64,000 bases of DNA from contig OZ316894.1 in assembly GCA_973895155.1 (NCBI GenBank), forward strand, positions 12,564,828 through 12,628,827. The letters run 5' to 3'. Of the stretch, positions 1-12,919 are shown piece after piece; the stretch's first letter is position 1; each line of letters opens with the position of its first letter. This stretch comes from Marsupella aquatica (lineage: Eukaryota > Plantae > Marchantiophyta). Under the pieces are notes generated by a model, which was given only the letters and a program-made list of their open reading frames with translations, did no database searches and had not been told where the DNA came from. Both the position numbers and the translations under genes were made by a program.

Positions 1-3000
1 ATTAAAGGGCTCTTAGTTCTGCTCGAATCTCCTTAAGAGTTCCAGATACCAGTACCCTGAAACAACATCGTCGATTTTGCATATGCATTTGAGGTGCTGG
101 AAGTTGTAAGTAATTCAGTTGCTTGGCCCATGGCAGTTAGGTGCAACGGACGGAATGCAAGGACAGCCAATGTTGGGAAAGATGAAAATGTTCTTACGTG
201 GCCTTGCAGTTCTTCTTGTCCCTCTGACAGCTAGTTTTCCAAAGGTGTGTTGATTCATGTTTTCCCTATTTGTCAGTACTCTGCTGCCTTAATCTCACGA
301 CCGTCCCTGTTTACCCATCCTTCTCCAGTTGTTCTTTTGAAGTCTTGGATCACGAGCAATTGCTTGGATTTCGTGCAGCCTCCAGTATCAGTTGTTGTCA
401 TAGTCCTGATGTTTGTTTCCCTCCGTGCAGGCCCTGTTTTGCTATTGGTTGACAGCAAACGTGTGCTCAATCATACAGGCTGCTGGTAGGTTTCCGTTGA
501 ACAACTGCCTTGGCCTTTTGTTTTTTCCATTGTTTCATTTTACACATTATTGGCCACATTTTCTGGACTGATTGTACTGATAGCCACTCTTGGTTTACTC
601 AAGATGAGCAAAGAAACGTTATAGTAAAGTATATAGTAAGTTCCTGTTGACAGGGCATTGTCTGCTATGCCCATAATGCTCTGGTAACAGGACCTTAATA
701 CACTTTAAGGTCTAAGAGATTCTTATTTTCCACTAATTTTGGTAAAAGTCTCAGAGAATCTTCTCCATTAATACCCTGAAATTACGAGGAGAAAAATCAC
801 GAAGGGGCATTAAGCATAGAAACATCTGTTGTTATCAACTGTACTTATCAACTGTACTGAATTTGTCCTGCCCGCCAACAGCTTTCAAACGGCCGGGAGT
901 AAAAGCTGCGCTGGGTATACCAGATGTTTCGCATTTGGCGAAACCTACAGATGTACCAGTTTCGCCAGTTGTGACTTTCAGCCAACACCCTAGGTTGAAA
1001 GGTGAAGCAAGTGTTGCAAGCTCCAAACGGCAAAGACCGCGATGATGCAAATTTTCTCTCGTCTCTTTGCATTCAACAGCAGGGATTCTTGCAGCGTGGA
1101 TTCGAGTGCAATTCTACTGCAATATTACATTTCTCGTTACTATGAGTATTATTACAGATTGCTTTCGAATGGCAAGGTTCAATAATGATGTATGTCTCCT
1201 AGGGTTTCTTTCCTTCCTAAGAGATCACGCAGGTAATTAGCTTAGACACAATCTAGGGTTAGAAACACTGACCTTCATTATTTTTTCGGCAAACAAAATG
1301 GTACTTGATAGTTTGCTTGTATGGAAACGTTTACTCACTGAGGCCCTTTAGATAGACTGCAGAGCTCAGATGAAGGATATCCATACATGGCTTATAGAAG
1401 TGAAGTATGCAATACGGTTTCCTCCTGTCCAAGGCACGGAGACTGAAGACTAGTTCTAGTCCAATTTCAGTAGTGATGGTCCCTGGGGAGAACCCAATTC
1501 CCCTCAACACAGTTTGGAAGAACTACCCACTTCCCTTCCTAACCTTAGTGACACCTTTTAACCAACGTGGGCGAAAGTACAATTGAAAGATATGGCGAGT
1601 CCAGCAGGAGGTACCATGGGTGGACTGCACCCAAAGAAACTCTATCAGGATTCATTGGAAAATTTTGATTCATCACTTAGGCAATTGGTTTCCAAGGATG
1701 ACCTCGGTCATTTCCATGCACATGAAATTTGCCGACTATTTGTTCAGACAGGCTCTTCAAAACTTGATTGGAGGCCAGTTTAGAGTGAGTAGAAGTCTTG
1801 TTTTATCTTTGTTCAAAATCCGCTGTGTCCATGTTCCAGATTGAATGTAAGTGTCTCGAAGAAAGGAACAAAAGTCTCTACAGTAAATCTTGGAGATGCA
1901 AGAGTGGTGACCGTGATCCATGTTTATTCGGTCCCAGAGCCAATCTCATTCAAAGCAGCCTGACTTGCAGAGAGATTGGGAGACTTTGAAGGTATAAGAC
2001 ATCTCAGTCTTATACCTTCAATTCCAGTGTAGACGGGTTGTTAAGTGATTGCTAGAGTTGTTTTTCCCAAAGCTTGTTGATTCTGCCTTCGTGGTTGGTT
2101 GGATTACCTGTACCTTGAGGCCAAGCTTCCTCTACACCTCTATTTCTTAGTGGACGTATTAATTCGTCAATTTATGGAAGTTCTGTGGACTACAGGATTC
2201 CTTTCAAACAGGATGCCTGGCATTGTTGGTTCAGTTAGTTTGGAATAAGTTTTCTTGGTCTTTTCCGCACATGGATTGTCAGGATGGTGAACATATTTTC
2301 TTTCGTTATGATTGTGTGACAATCTTGAACACCGGAATCCAGTTTTCACAACTGATGCCCATCATGGGTGATTGGGTCAACTATATGTCAACCCGAGGAA
2401 GTGGGGAGATGTATGGGAGACCAGATTCCCATAAGCGTGGAGGAAGGATCCCTAAACAAATCACGAGCATCGGCTTGATAGGTGACATTGAAAGGGGCCT
2501 TCTTCATCGGTTGATGAAGAAGGTTCGAATTGGAGCAAAGTGTCCGCTTGAGCCACAAAACGTACCGTGGAGCCCTTATTGAACCCATACAATGACCGTG
2601 TGAAAGCAAAATTTTTAATAGCCATTTTGGAGCCAAAATCTATATATTAGCTACAGTAGATGCAATTGGCAAATTATCCAAACTTCGGTCGATCTGCAAG
2701 AGGCAGATGCAAGCTGCCATTCCAGCTTGAAATATCAACTAAATTGTAATGATCGACGGTCACAATAGCCCCCCTGCTGCGCAAGTGAAGGAGCTAGGAC
2801 AGACTTTGACCACAATTCAGTTCGCATTCTACGTGGTGTTCCGTTCGTCATGATTGTGTCTGGTCGATGGGACAATGGGACAGGAGCTGTTCGTGCAAGA
2901 CTCATAGCCTATTGAACCAAATCACAGCAACCTGCGTGGTGGACGATTTCGTTACTGCCCGGCATCCGGTCATGAATGGAGGATTGGCATAATTGTAAGA

Positions 3001-3909
3001 AACGGACTCATCGTCGCTGCGACTCATCATCTGTTGCTCCAGCGTGCGCGCATTGAATATGATGTTAGTTAATTTACGGTTGTGGCGGGAGGCTCATTCA
3101 AAATTTCGGAGGGACGGAAGATCGTGAATTTGGATTCGATCCACAGACGTATATGATTGCGTTTGTCGGTTGACGATCGAATGCAAGCAAGGTTAATTAT
3201 CTGTAATGCCTCGCCATTAACGTGCATTCTCACGGTAGACGAAATCGACGTCTTCTCTTGGAACGTTCAGAGGGTACGTTGGCGCTAACGAGATAAAGAG
3301 TTGAGAATTTCTATGACGAATTTGCCGGTGATTCAATTTCTGGACTTGGGACGTCTGATTCAGATACTTTCGTTTGTTTGTTTGTTTTGAACGGAGTGTT
3401 TTACTTCACAGTAGTAAATTGATTCAGATATTCTCAATATTATAATAAACCAGAGTGGGAAGGTCAGTTAATTTGGGCCTCTTGCATTTGTGTAGAGCTC
3501 TCAGAGCGCAGCTGCACGCCTAGCTCTTATCCTCAGGCTTTCTGCTTGGTAGTGGAGAAATAAGGTAAAATTGAAGTGTTCATTCCCAGCATCTTTCCAT
3601 GCGAGACTTTATTTGCAGAAAGGTGAGACAGTCAGATCTATTTTTCAGAGTTTCAGACCCAATCAAGAATCATGCATCTTAACCCACACGTCTTGGAACA
3701 CCATGTTCAGCAAAATCTTGATTAGGAGAGCAGATTGGATTGCACACAATTTCGTTGAACTCTAATCCGAATGTACCTGCAAGCCAAGGGACTATAAGAC
3801 TGTCTGGCTCGATCAGCATGTCCGAGCAGCAAGCCTAGACACAGCAGCTAACAAGAAATTAATAAATGGAAAGGAGTAATTTGCATTCGTCCTGGACAGG
3901 GAGATTGGA

Positions 3910-5507
3910 ATGTGGTTCAAAACAATTGTCACCGTTTCTTGCCGGCAAGCGCATAGCCATGGAACGAGAGTGCACGAGCTTGCCCGAGGAAATAGCAGAA
4001 AGGAGACGACTAGATTACGGAATTATATTGCCAATTGGACTCAGACGCGAACATTTGCAGACGCTGCATCTTCTACAAGCAATGCTGCAAAGTCGGGGAG
4101 TAAGGACGGTACAGGAGGTGGCGCGTCGTCCAGTCGGCCTCCACCGATAACAGAAGAGTACAAGGCGGCATGGAAGAAGGTCGCCCCGCGCTTCGAAATC
4201 CACAAAACACCTACAGATTTCTTGGATGATAGGCCAGGCCCCGCCACCGCTCTTCCGACTAAGCTCACGGTCAACTTTGTGCTCCCTTCCAGAGTGGAAA
4301 TGGCCGCCAAAGAGGTACTGCAGAGAGCCTTAGTTGCTGGTCCTCCCGTACCGATACTCTGGTCTGGGAGCTTACAAATCCTATTCTTAGGCCCTGGACG
4401 TCATCTATACCGTGAATTCCCGAGCACCTCTAAAATTCCCAAACATATTTACAAGAAATGGAACGAAATCTCAATCTGAACCTAGAAGACGACCTCTGCT
4501 CATCATTTGAAGCGCTTTCTCGGAAAAATTGAACTGACGACTTTTCTCAAAGGAGGCTTTCCTCTTTTTGAATTTTTTTCCTCGATTACATTTGTGACAC
4601 ATCTTTCAAAGACAAAAATTTGCAACTCACTTCCCAAGTCTCGATTTCTGGTTAATAAATATGACTTCATGGAGGTACTCCCGAGCGGAGCGGAATGTTG
4701 AGGACATAAAACAACTTGACGAATTTGAAAACTGTTGATTCTTTCACGGGATCACCCAAATTGTGGTTCATGAGTATTCTGGATGGGAAGGTGGTGGGAA
4801 AAGTAATTCGTTCCTCCAAACTGACTGACCGAATGTTTTTGACCGAAGGCCTTATGATATATACTAGTGTAGAGGAAGTAATCTACTCTGCGTCATTGAC
4901 AGATATATCGGCTTGCGTTCAGGGAGAGAGTGGACGATTTGTTTATTTGCTGTCTTGAGGCCAATTGGTTAAGTTTGTCTGGCTTCTCAGTCTACGGAAT
5001 TTTGTTATGGTCGTCAAGATTAAAGGATTGGAATTCTCCGCGCAGAGCTTCTTAAGTCTACTTAGGGTGTGAATGTAAATCTCCCAATCAATTGATGTGT
5101 TCGTAATTCTAAATCTACCGACCAATGTCTGTGTTTGCTTGTTCCATTTTATTTCCAAGGTCGACATGGTTATCGTCCCGGCAGCAACGGGGATGATGGG
5201 ATTGCTGGCGGGGCATGTACCAACGATCGCACAACTGAGCCCAGGGCTGTTGACCGTGCACGACGGTACGGAGGTGAAGAAGTACTTCGTCAGTAGTGGA
5301 TTTGCCATAGTGCATGCAAATTCAGTGGCCGACATCGTGGCAGTGGAATCTGTGGCACTGGATAAGCTAGACATCGAGGAAGCACGCAAGGGGCTGGCAG
5401 AATACACACAGAAGCAGGGGGTTGCCACAACTGAGCTAGACAAGGCTGAGGCCCAAATTGCCATTGAGGTCTATGGCGCCCTAGTTGCTACCATGAGTGC
5501 TGCCTGA
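3910..5507 (+). CDS. ATP16: Mitochondrial ATP synthase F1 subunit delta (delta'/epsilon family), 2 exons
   Basis: Exon 1 3910-4314: Arg/Ser-rich presequence, then AAWKKVAP...PTDF...[11 protein letters not shown]...AAKE; donor GAG|GTACTG. Exon 2 5160-5507: acceptor TTCCAAG|[59 protein letters not shown]...AEAQIAIEV. These are typical plant F1-delta motifs, and the exons join in frame. Confidence 0.93.
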
Positions 5508-6215
5508 GGGTCAAGCCTGCACATATTGCTCAGGTGCAGACTTCATAACATTTCAAGTTTTGCGCATTGTTCACCTGCTTGTAGAATGACCATTCATAGA
5601 TTTGGAATAACTCCCATATACGTATCCCAGGACTAACGGAAAAGAACCCTACACATCAGTTCTAGGAGGGGTGCAAACAGAACATCCTTAGAATCGTGAA
5701 TAAGTTCAGTAGACTTCACATTTACTTAGTTATGGAAATAAAAAAGTGAAGCCATGTCAGATATTTCCTTTGAGAACCCATTCCATCCAACCGTCCTTGA
5801 GGGCACACTGAAGCAAAGTTCAGGTTCATACGAATGTCGCACCACATGATTCCTATTCTTGCCCCAGACTCTGAGGCCGTCCAACGAGCTTGAAAGCCCA
5901 AGTGCTTCACTGATAATTTTTACATAAGTCATGGAGCATAGTTGATGGGCATTCCCTTCTACTGAGGAAAGTAGACACAGTCTCGCTCTAGCTGGTAGTC
6001 TATAGAGTGAAACCGTTATAATTCATCAATTTTTTTCGCTCAGCCACCAGAAATGTCCAATGTAGCACACGGTTCAAAATTTGAGTTGCTTAACAATAAG
6101 CTAAAACAATAGTTCTCGCCTCGAAAAGAGGATTGCACAAGTTCTCATTGCCCAACGACTTTAATTTTGAGGTGGATAAAATATGTACACATCAGATCCA
6201 AGGCAAAACTGAAAA

Positions 6216-9200
6216 CTAATTCGGAACTGATGATGTCAGCTGTCCCGTTAGCGCCACGGCAATTTGGGTGCCAACGAAGGCGTTGTTCTTAATCAGTTCG
6301 ATGTCTGAGAAAAACGTTAAGAAACTTCAAATAGCAATCCTGGGCACAAGATTATAGGATCTCCAACAGGCTAAGCAAAACGATTTAATCCACCGTCAGT
6401 CCAGGCCTGCCCATTTGTTCCTCCCCGCCCTTCAAATAAGTCAAACTAGACAACACAAGTGAGAAGGCCCTGATTACAAAGACCTGCAAAACCTGACAAC
6501 TTAGAAGAAGAGCTTGAATGCTGGTCATGACAAACAATTACGAATATACCATAAAAACTCTTCCCGCAGTTCTCCTCTCCGCGGCTCTACCATGTTGGCT
6601 GGACGCATGCTTTAAAAAGGAACTCCAAGCAATTCACAAGTAGACAAATTTTTATGGATACTTGCGGCTAACGAAGCACCATCGCTGAGTTCATTTATCC
6701 GCTTCAATAGATATGGTGTCACAGCATTGCCTTGAATGTCCTTTTGCCTGACAATAAATATCAAGAGCACGTGAGGTTTACAGCCATAAATCTCGAATGC
6801 ACTGGACTCCCAATTTCGTAAATTTGCAAAAGACCACGGCGACTTCCTGCAGGGTTGACTGGCAAAAACCTGACTTAACTCATGCAAACGAAGAAAGTAA
6901 GTTACCTGGCTTCTTCTAGTGCATTCTGAATCACTCTCTCTATGGGCTCAGCATCAGCGGCATGCTTCTTAGGGATAGGAACGCCAACCAGGATACCACC
7001 ATCAAGTTTATACCTCAAATTCGTTGCTGAACGACAATATAGCAAAGAAATGAATTAGAAAATTACATCCCTGATGTAGATGAGTTACAGCTATGATTGG
7101 GGTCTCACGAGTGTGACAAAGGGGACAAATAGGCACTTGTGCAAAGTCTCTTGCCTCACGTGTCATCTATCCAGGTGGAACAGGCACCAACAATTATGAC
7201 TGCCTTTCCATCGGCTGGAACCCAGCTCTCTCTCAAGCTCTTATCTTAAAATTACAAACTGGTGAGAAGCGTTCTCAGGAAGGGAAAACTGCAACTGACC
7301 ATAGCTGGTGAGGACAAAGGTTGGAAAAACGAGCAATGGAGATTCAGGAATAACATGACGAACGAAAAAATGTCCAATATGGCGCCTTCGAAATGCCCAA
7401 CTAAGACATTAGAATTCACCTTCTATCCCTGCTTTGAATCACAGTGGACCTTCCTGGGCGAAAGAAGCAAGATGATTGAATGGGATGTCTCGATACCAAG
7501 GGAACCAAGCCCTTCGACTTCACACCTTTGAAGCAGCTACCACTCAACGAAATGGATTCCCCAGATGAAAGAAAGTTACCAAGAATTTGAGCACTCACCA
7601 ATTATTGCAGCACAACCTTCAGGTGTATCAATACGGCAAGGAACCTGCACCAAAAGAAATGTATTGATCCTCAGCACATCTATTAAAACGAATGAACAAA
7701 TGAAATCAGAGCCCCTACATTGACAAACACGTGCAATGGGGATAAGTGTATGGACGCAAACAAATCCCCGTGGCAAGAGAAAGAAGCTGTACAGTAGTTT
7801 AGACTATTAAGAAAACTATTTGAACATATGCACAAACCGTTCTCCTCAGCATCCACGGAAGGACGCTTTGACTACCCTGTTGTACCAGCAGAAAAACGTC
7901 ATCACTATAATTTGTAGGCGTCAACAACGATGCAAAAGTTTACCTTGCAGCCACTATAGGGGGTAAAGAATGCAGGAAACTCATCAGTCCCATAGCCAAC
8001 TACTGTCACGCCTTGTGTCTCCTGGCAACAGCAACAGTGACTCGTTCAGAAAATGAATGACCGAGGCAGTCTACTTGGACAACCATTGACAGCTTCCGAA
8101 AGTTGTGAATCAGAGAGTCGACCCTCCCATTTCCAGACAGAAGGAAAGCACAAATAATCAGGGAATACCAGATACTCAAGAGTCTTTGGTATGTCGAGGA
8201 TTGATTTCACACCCGCACAAATGACAGCAATAGGAATTCGGCCAAGTTCAGTAAGATCAGCTGATATATCCAATGCTGCAACCAATTAATAAGCATGAGT
8301 GCCGATCTACTTCCGGTAACATATTTAGGGCTACTATGTCGCAATGTTAGTCGATCTCTTTGGCATAGCGATCTAGTTTTACTCACTTGTTTCTCCGCTC
8401 CGATGAACTCCTCCTATTCCTCCGGTTACGAATACTCTGATTCCTGCCTAGTTTCACAGTTGGTGACAAAAACAACAATTGCGGAAATAGTTAGAGGAGA
8501 TTTTTTTTCCCCCTCAGCACAGCGGTAAGAGGATTACATGTACTTGTGGACTACCAGCGACCACAATCCTGATCCTTCATATTTCAGCAGAATTGACACT
8601 GACTTAGGTCAAGCATTCTTGAAACTGGTTCAACAATAGAATCAGACTTCGTTTATGTCCATTGAATTGCCGCTTAGTTGTATGAAAAGACATGAGAGAC
8701 CAATGAACTAAAGAGGATAAGGGGAGCCTTAATAACACGACAGCTGGCTCACAGAAAAACTGTCTCTTCCTTTCATAGAGAAACTGAACATTTTTAAGAA
8801 GAAATAATGGTACAAAGCTGTTCAGAGATCCTATCTTCGTTTCTGGAAACGTCTGACTTGAGCAAGTGGTCTGGATGGACTTCGTTGAACTGTCGTGAAA
8901 ATGCGTTCAGCGAAATAGTCAGTGTGTAATTCCGTTGGCAATCTGGATACTTTAAATCTCAGGAAAATGAAAACAGCTTACCTTAGCTGCAAAGAACATC
9001 GTGGCTGAGACTGTAGTTGCACCATCAGCTCCTTTAGCAATCTGCATAGCAAGACTTTCAAAGCTCACTTAGTAAACAGCTGACCTAACTGAGCCATCAA
9101 TTGCCACCAGCTGAGTCCAGACTACTAAAAAGAATCATGTGACAAGTAGCCACACTTTTTTTGAGAGGGCAATTTTCTTGGAAGCATATGTCCACAAGTT

Positions 9201-10941
9201 CCTCCCGAGGGCCAACAATTCTAGGCTCGGAAGCAGCGAGGTTGTTTGAAACACTAACAACTTGAGCAATGTCTCTGGTGGAAGTTTTCACGGCTTTCGT
9301 TCCGAGTCGTGCGAGATGTTCCAATTCTTCCTCATTCAGGCCTATGACGACAGCACCCAAGACAATAATTCTCTGTCAACATGAGAAAGTGTTTATGGAT
9401 TATACATTTGATCAGCAGACAAAGTCCCCTGTGATGAGGCAGGCCCCGTTCAAAGCAAGTGCTTACTCATTTAACCTCAGCTTCCAAAATTACTTGTCAT
9501 TGAAAGAGAGGTATGCGATAGGGACTGCGGAGAAAACCACCTAAAAGATATGGAGAAAATCCAGTCAGAGCAACAAAAGAATGAATCGTCGGATTGCTCC
9601 AGATATGCGCATACCAATGTAAGGCACACCACCAAGGATAGCGACAGTGGCAGGAATGGCTCCATTCTTTCGCACAATATTCTCAACCTCCTTAGCTGTC
9701 TGCAGATTCTGTGGATATGGCATCCCTGAGTACAATAGGTTAATTAGATAATTGGCAGTATGCCTGAGTCCGCTAACAAGCGATCCAATGCCCATCGCAT
9801 TCCCGTTTGCTGAATTTGCCAGTCATACACCTAGAAGTGGGAGACACGGTATGAACCAAATAACCGTCACATGGGTTTGTAGGACAGAAATTCGACGCTA
9901 ACAAACGCAATCGAGGCAAGAAACCAGAAAGTAGACACGTTCTTCGCATTCAGAAGTAGTGGAACTAAATACAGCCTACGACTTCACACGAGAGACTCAC
10001 TAAACAATTAAATCGGGTAGCCCATGTAGTCAAAACTCGAACTCAAAAACCTGCCTTACAAACATCTCAAGCTGGACAGGAAATGAAAGTGAACCAAACT
10101 TGTTTATCCTATTACCTATGTATCCTTTTCTCAGACATTCGCGTAGCTGCAAAAGGGTCATGTTGCATTAAACTCGCAAAACACAAGAGTGGGGAAGAAA
10201 TGCTTGCAATACCATGCGAGATAATGGTGGATTCGAGAGCCACCACTGGAAGGCCCTCTGAGAGAGCACGGCGCACGTTAGGCTCGACTCGGACCCCTAG
10301 CTTCTCTATGGCATCTACATCCCACTGTGTACCATGCGAACAAAGATGCAAAGAAATGAGTTCTCCAATGGTAGGAACTCTCTCATCTCTTGTGAAAGCG
10401 GAGCCAGTTAGAGTGAGTCCGAATCCATACCCAAGCCCAACGCAACTGATGTCAATTCCGCTCAACTTTGGGACAGGAATCTAGAGTGTCAAAAGCGGAT
10501 TGTATAGCACCTCCCGGAGTCTCTACTGTACACCTCTGACTCTTCGAATAACTTTGAAAATTTCCTTCCTTATTAAGAGAATGAAGGACAGAGAGATTGC
10601 TCAATCAAAACTTTTTGTTTACGATAATTAGTAGCTGCTATGGTCATTCCTCTTGCTCCTGTGTACACATTCCATTAGTTTGCTTTCTAACAGCTCCCGC
10701 GTTTTGTTCGTTTTGATCCAGTCAAATGAGACCTGTTTAATAATTTTGCCAGAATCAATTTCGGTCTAGTTTCGCGCTCTCAGCCCCAGCGTTGGTCTCC
10801 AGTATTCGTTGGAAGGAACAGCTTGGGACAACCCACCTGTGTTGATGATGAAGAGGACCGCGTCGAGAGGAATGTCGGAGAAATGTGGCGGCTGATGGCA
10901 GCGATCCTGCTGCCCAGCGTTCTGGTCGTGTTTTCGGACAT
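6216..10941 (-). CDS. PUMY: Pseudouridine-5'-phosphate glycosidase (IndA/PsuG family), 12 exons, ~352 aa
   Basis: Exons (minus strand): 10941-10837, 10324-10213, 9725-9615, 9341-9259, 9041-8982, 8447-8387, 8275-8169, 8021-7944, 7644-7599, 7026-6906, 6747-6662, 6304-6216. All introns are GT-AG and the total is 1059 nt in frame. Motifs: [89 protein letters not shown]. Exon 1 is inferred from phase and the PTS2-like RIAAISRHI. Confidence 0.93.
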
Positions 10942-12919
10942 TTTTTCTCTCGCTCGTGCTGGCGAAGAACCACCGCACTGTACTTTGAGAGTGAGGCAGA
11001 ATTGGTGAAAGCTTTTGACAATCTTGCCAGGCAAAGCCTTTTCCAATGTTCAGGAATCTTGTGAGGCAAACATTTTTTCACAATACCGTACTGAGAGCGA
11101 ATTCACTTTCTTTCCTCGGAAGGGCGGATCTTTCTGTACGGTCCAGATATGCTTAAAGTGGCTCAAACCAGATGAGTCTTGCCAAACTTTAGATTCAGGT
11201 GAGACAGATCAACTAGTGGGTGTTACTGAGGTATTCTATAATGCGACTAAACAGGAAAACTTTGTTAGGAGACACTAGTGGTTTACAATTTCTTTTGTTT
11301 TTTGCTGCCTTTTATATTTTTCTTGTTTGTGATCCAATTCGTTATTTTAAATACCTTGCTGTATGTTATTTTAAATCTGACTCTTCAATTTTTTTAGTCT
11401 TTTTGCAACTACTAGGTCTAACAGTTTTTCCTTGCCCCAAATCAAACAGACAGCAAATCAAACAATTGTGTTAGTTTCTTGTTGAAAACATCATTTTTCT
11501 TGTTTGTGATTGAATGTGCTGATGTGGTCACATGTAGTGCCAGGTATTTTGGAAATAAATTCTTCTGGGGTCTAAAACCAAACAACAAATCATCACTTAA
11601 AAGTAACAAAACTCCAAGCATAGTATGTCAAATTTGAAATTTCAACTAGTTTATAAATAGACGTGTTCTTTTGTCATGGTAGGCTCCTGAGTTCAAGCAC
11701 TTTGTGATTGAATCAATCTTTATTTAGTATCAAAACAAGTAGTGTTGCCCTAGGTACACACCAATGCATGTGTAGGAACAAAACCCAAAAGAATGGAGAT
11801 CAGACCTAGGAAAAAAAGACATTGTTACCCCTCATGTGGGAAGGAAGAGGAGGAAGCAAATATTAAATGTTCTTGCAGTAGAAAGTTGAGCCCAGCAAAG
11901 CCCTAGAATGTTCGCACAACCATAAGATCTCCAACGGATCATTACAATGACCTTCGTACCTATATTTTAGAAATATTAGAAATCTATTGACAACCATTTG
12001 ATACATTTGAGAAAGAAAGGCCCACACATGCAAAGATTGGTTTCTAAGGCTTCGGATTGACTCAACTCAAACCACAATGTAGCAAAATAGGAAGATCGTA
12101 CACTGGGCAAAACTGTAATGAGAATACAATTTCTTGAGTGTATATTGGTTTTGTGAATCCATCCAAGTACCTCCTCAGTCCTCTGTGTCTAGCCCGGCTT
12201 TTCTTCATACATTTGTGTACTAGTTTTTAGGGTCTCTAATTGGACGTACTTATCCTAAACCATTTGATTCCGCATTGTATGAAGCTTAACCTATCCTTGA
12301 TTATTGGGTATTGTTGATTTACCCTCAATTACGAAGACACTATCCTTCCTCTCGGGAATTCTATTGCAAATAATGACATATAATGTGAAACCAAGGGACC
12401 CAATGCGCAGGGGTTGTGTCGTTAAAAATACAAAGTTAAGATACCTACTGTAGGTAAGTTTTTATAACTCATAAGAGTAATTTGGTAATTTTCTCTAAAC
12501 CCGTACTAACCAAAGTAATGTACTTTACGGAAGAGTGCCTATCACAGGCTGTGCAAGGGCATTTGGGTCTTGTGAAGCAAGGAGAAAGAAACGGAAATAG
12601 CAAGAGTAGAAAGCTTTCCAGGGACTAAGGTGGATTAACTCCTTGTTAACAGCGCATTATAGCCCACAGTGCCCTAGCACAGGGCGTTACTATATACAAA
12701 ACTTTTGAGATTCTGAACCTCAATCATGATTCTCGCAAACAACCTAGAATGGGGTTTTGGGAATCCGAAGGAAAACCTCTGACCAACAGGTAAATTCGCT
12801 TACTTGAATTTTGTACATCTACTGGGCTCAAGGAACAGGAATTCTCCACACTTGACAGGCTAAGTGCTCTGTGCTAACACTAGGATCCGGTACTGTTTCT
12901 CAGACAAAAATAAAAAAGC

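Noticed and set aside
4943-5464. 173-aa minus-strand ORF
   Set aside because: It is the antisense shadow of ATP synthase delta exon 2.
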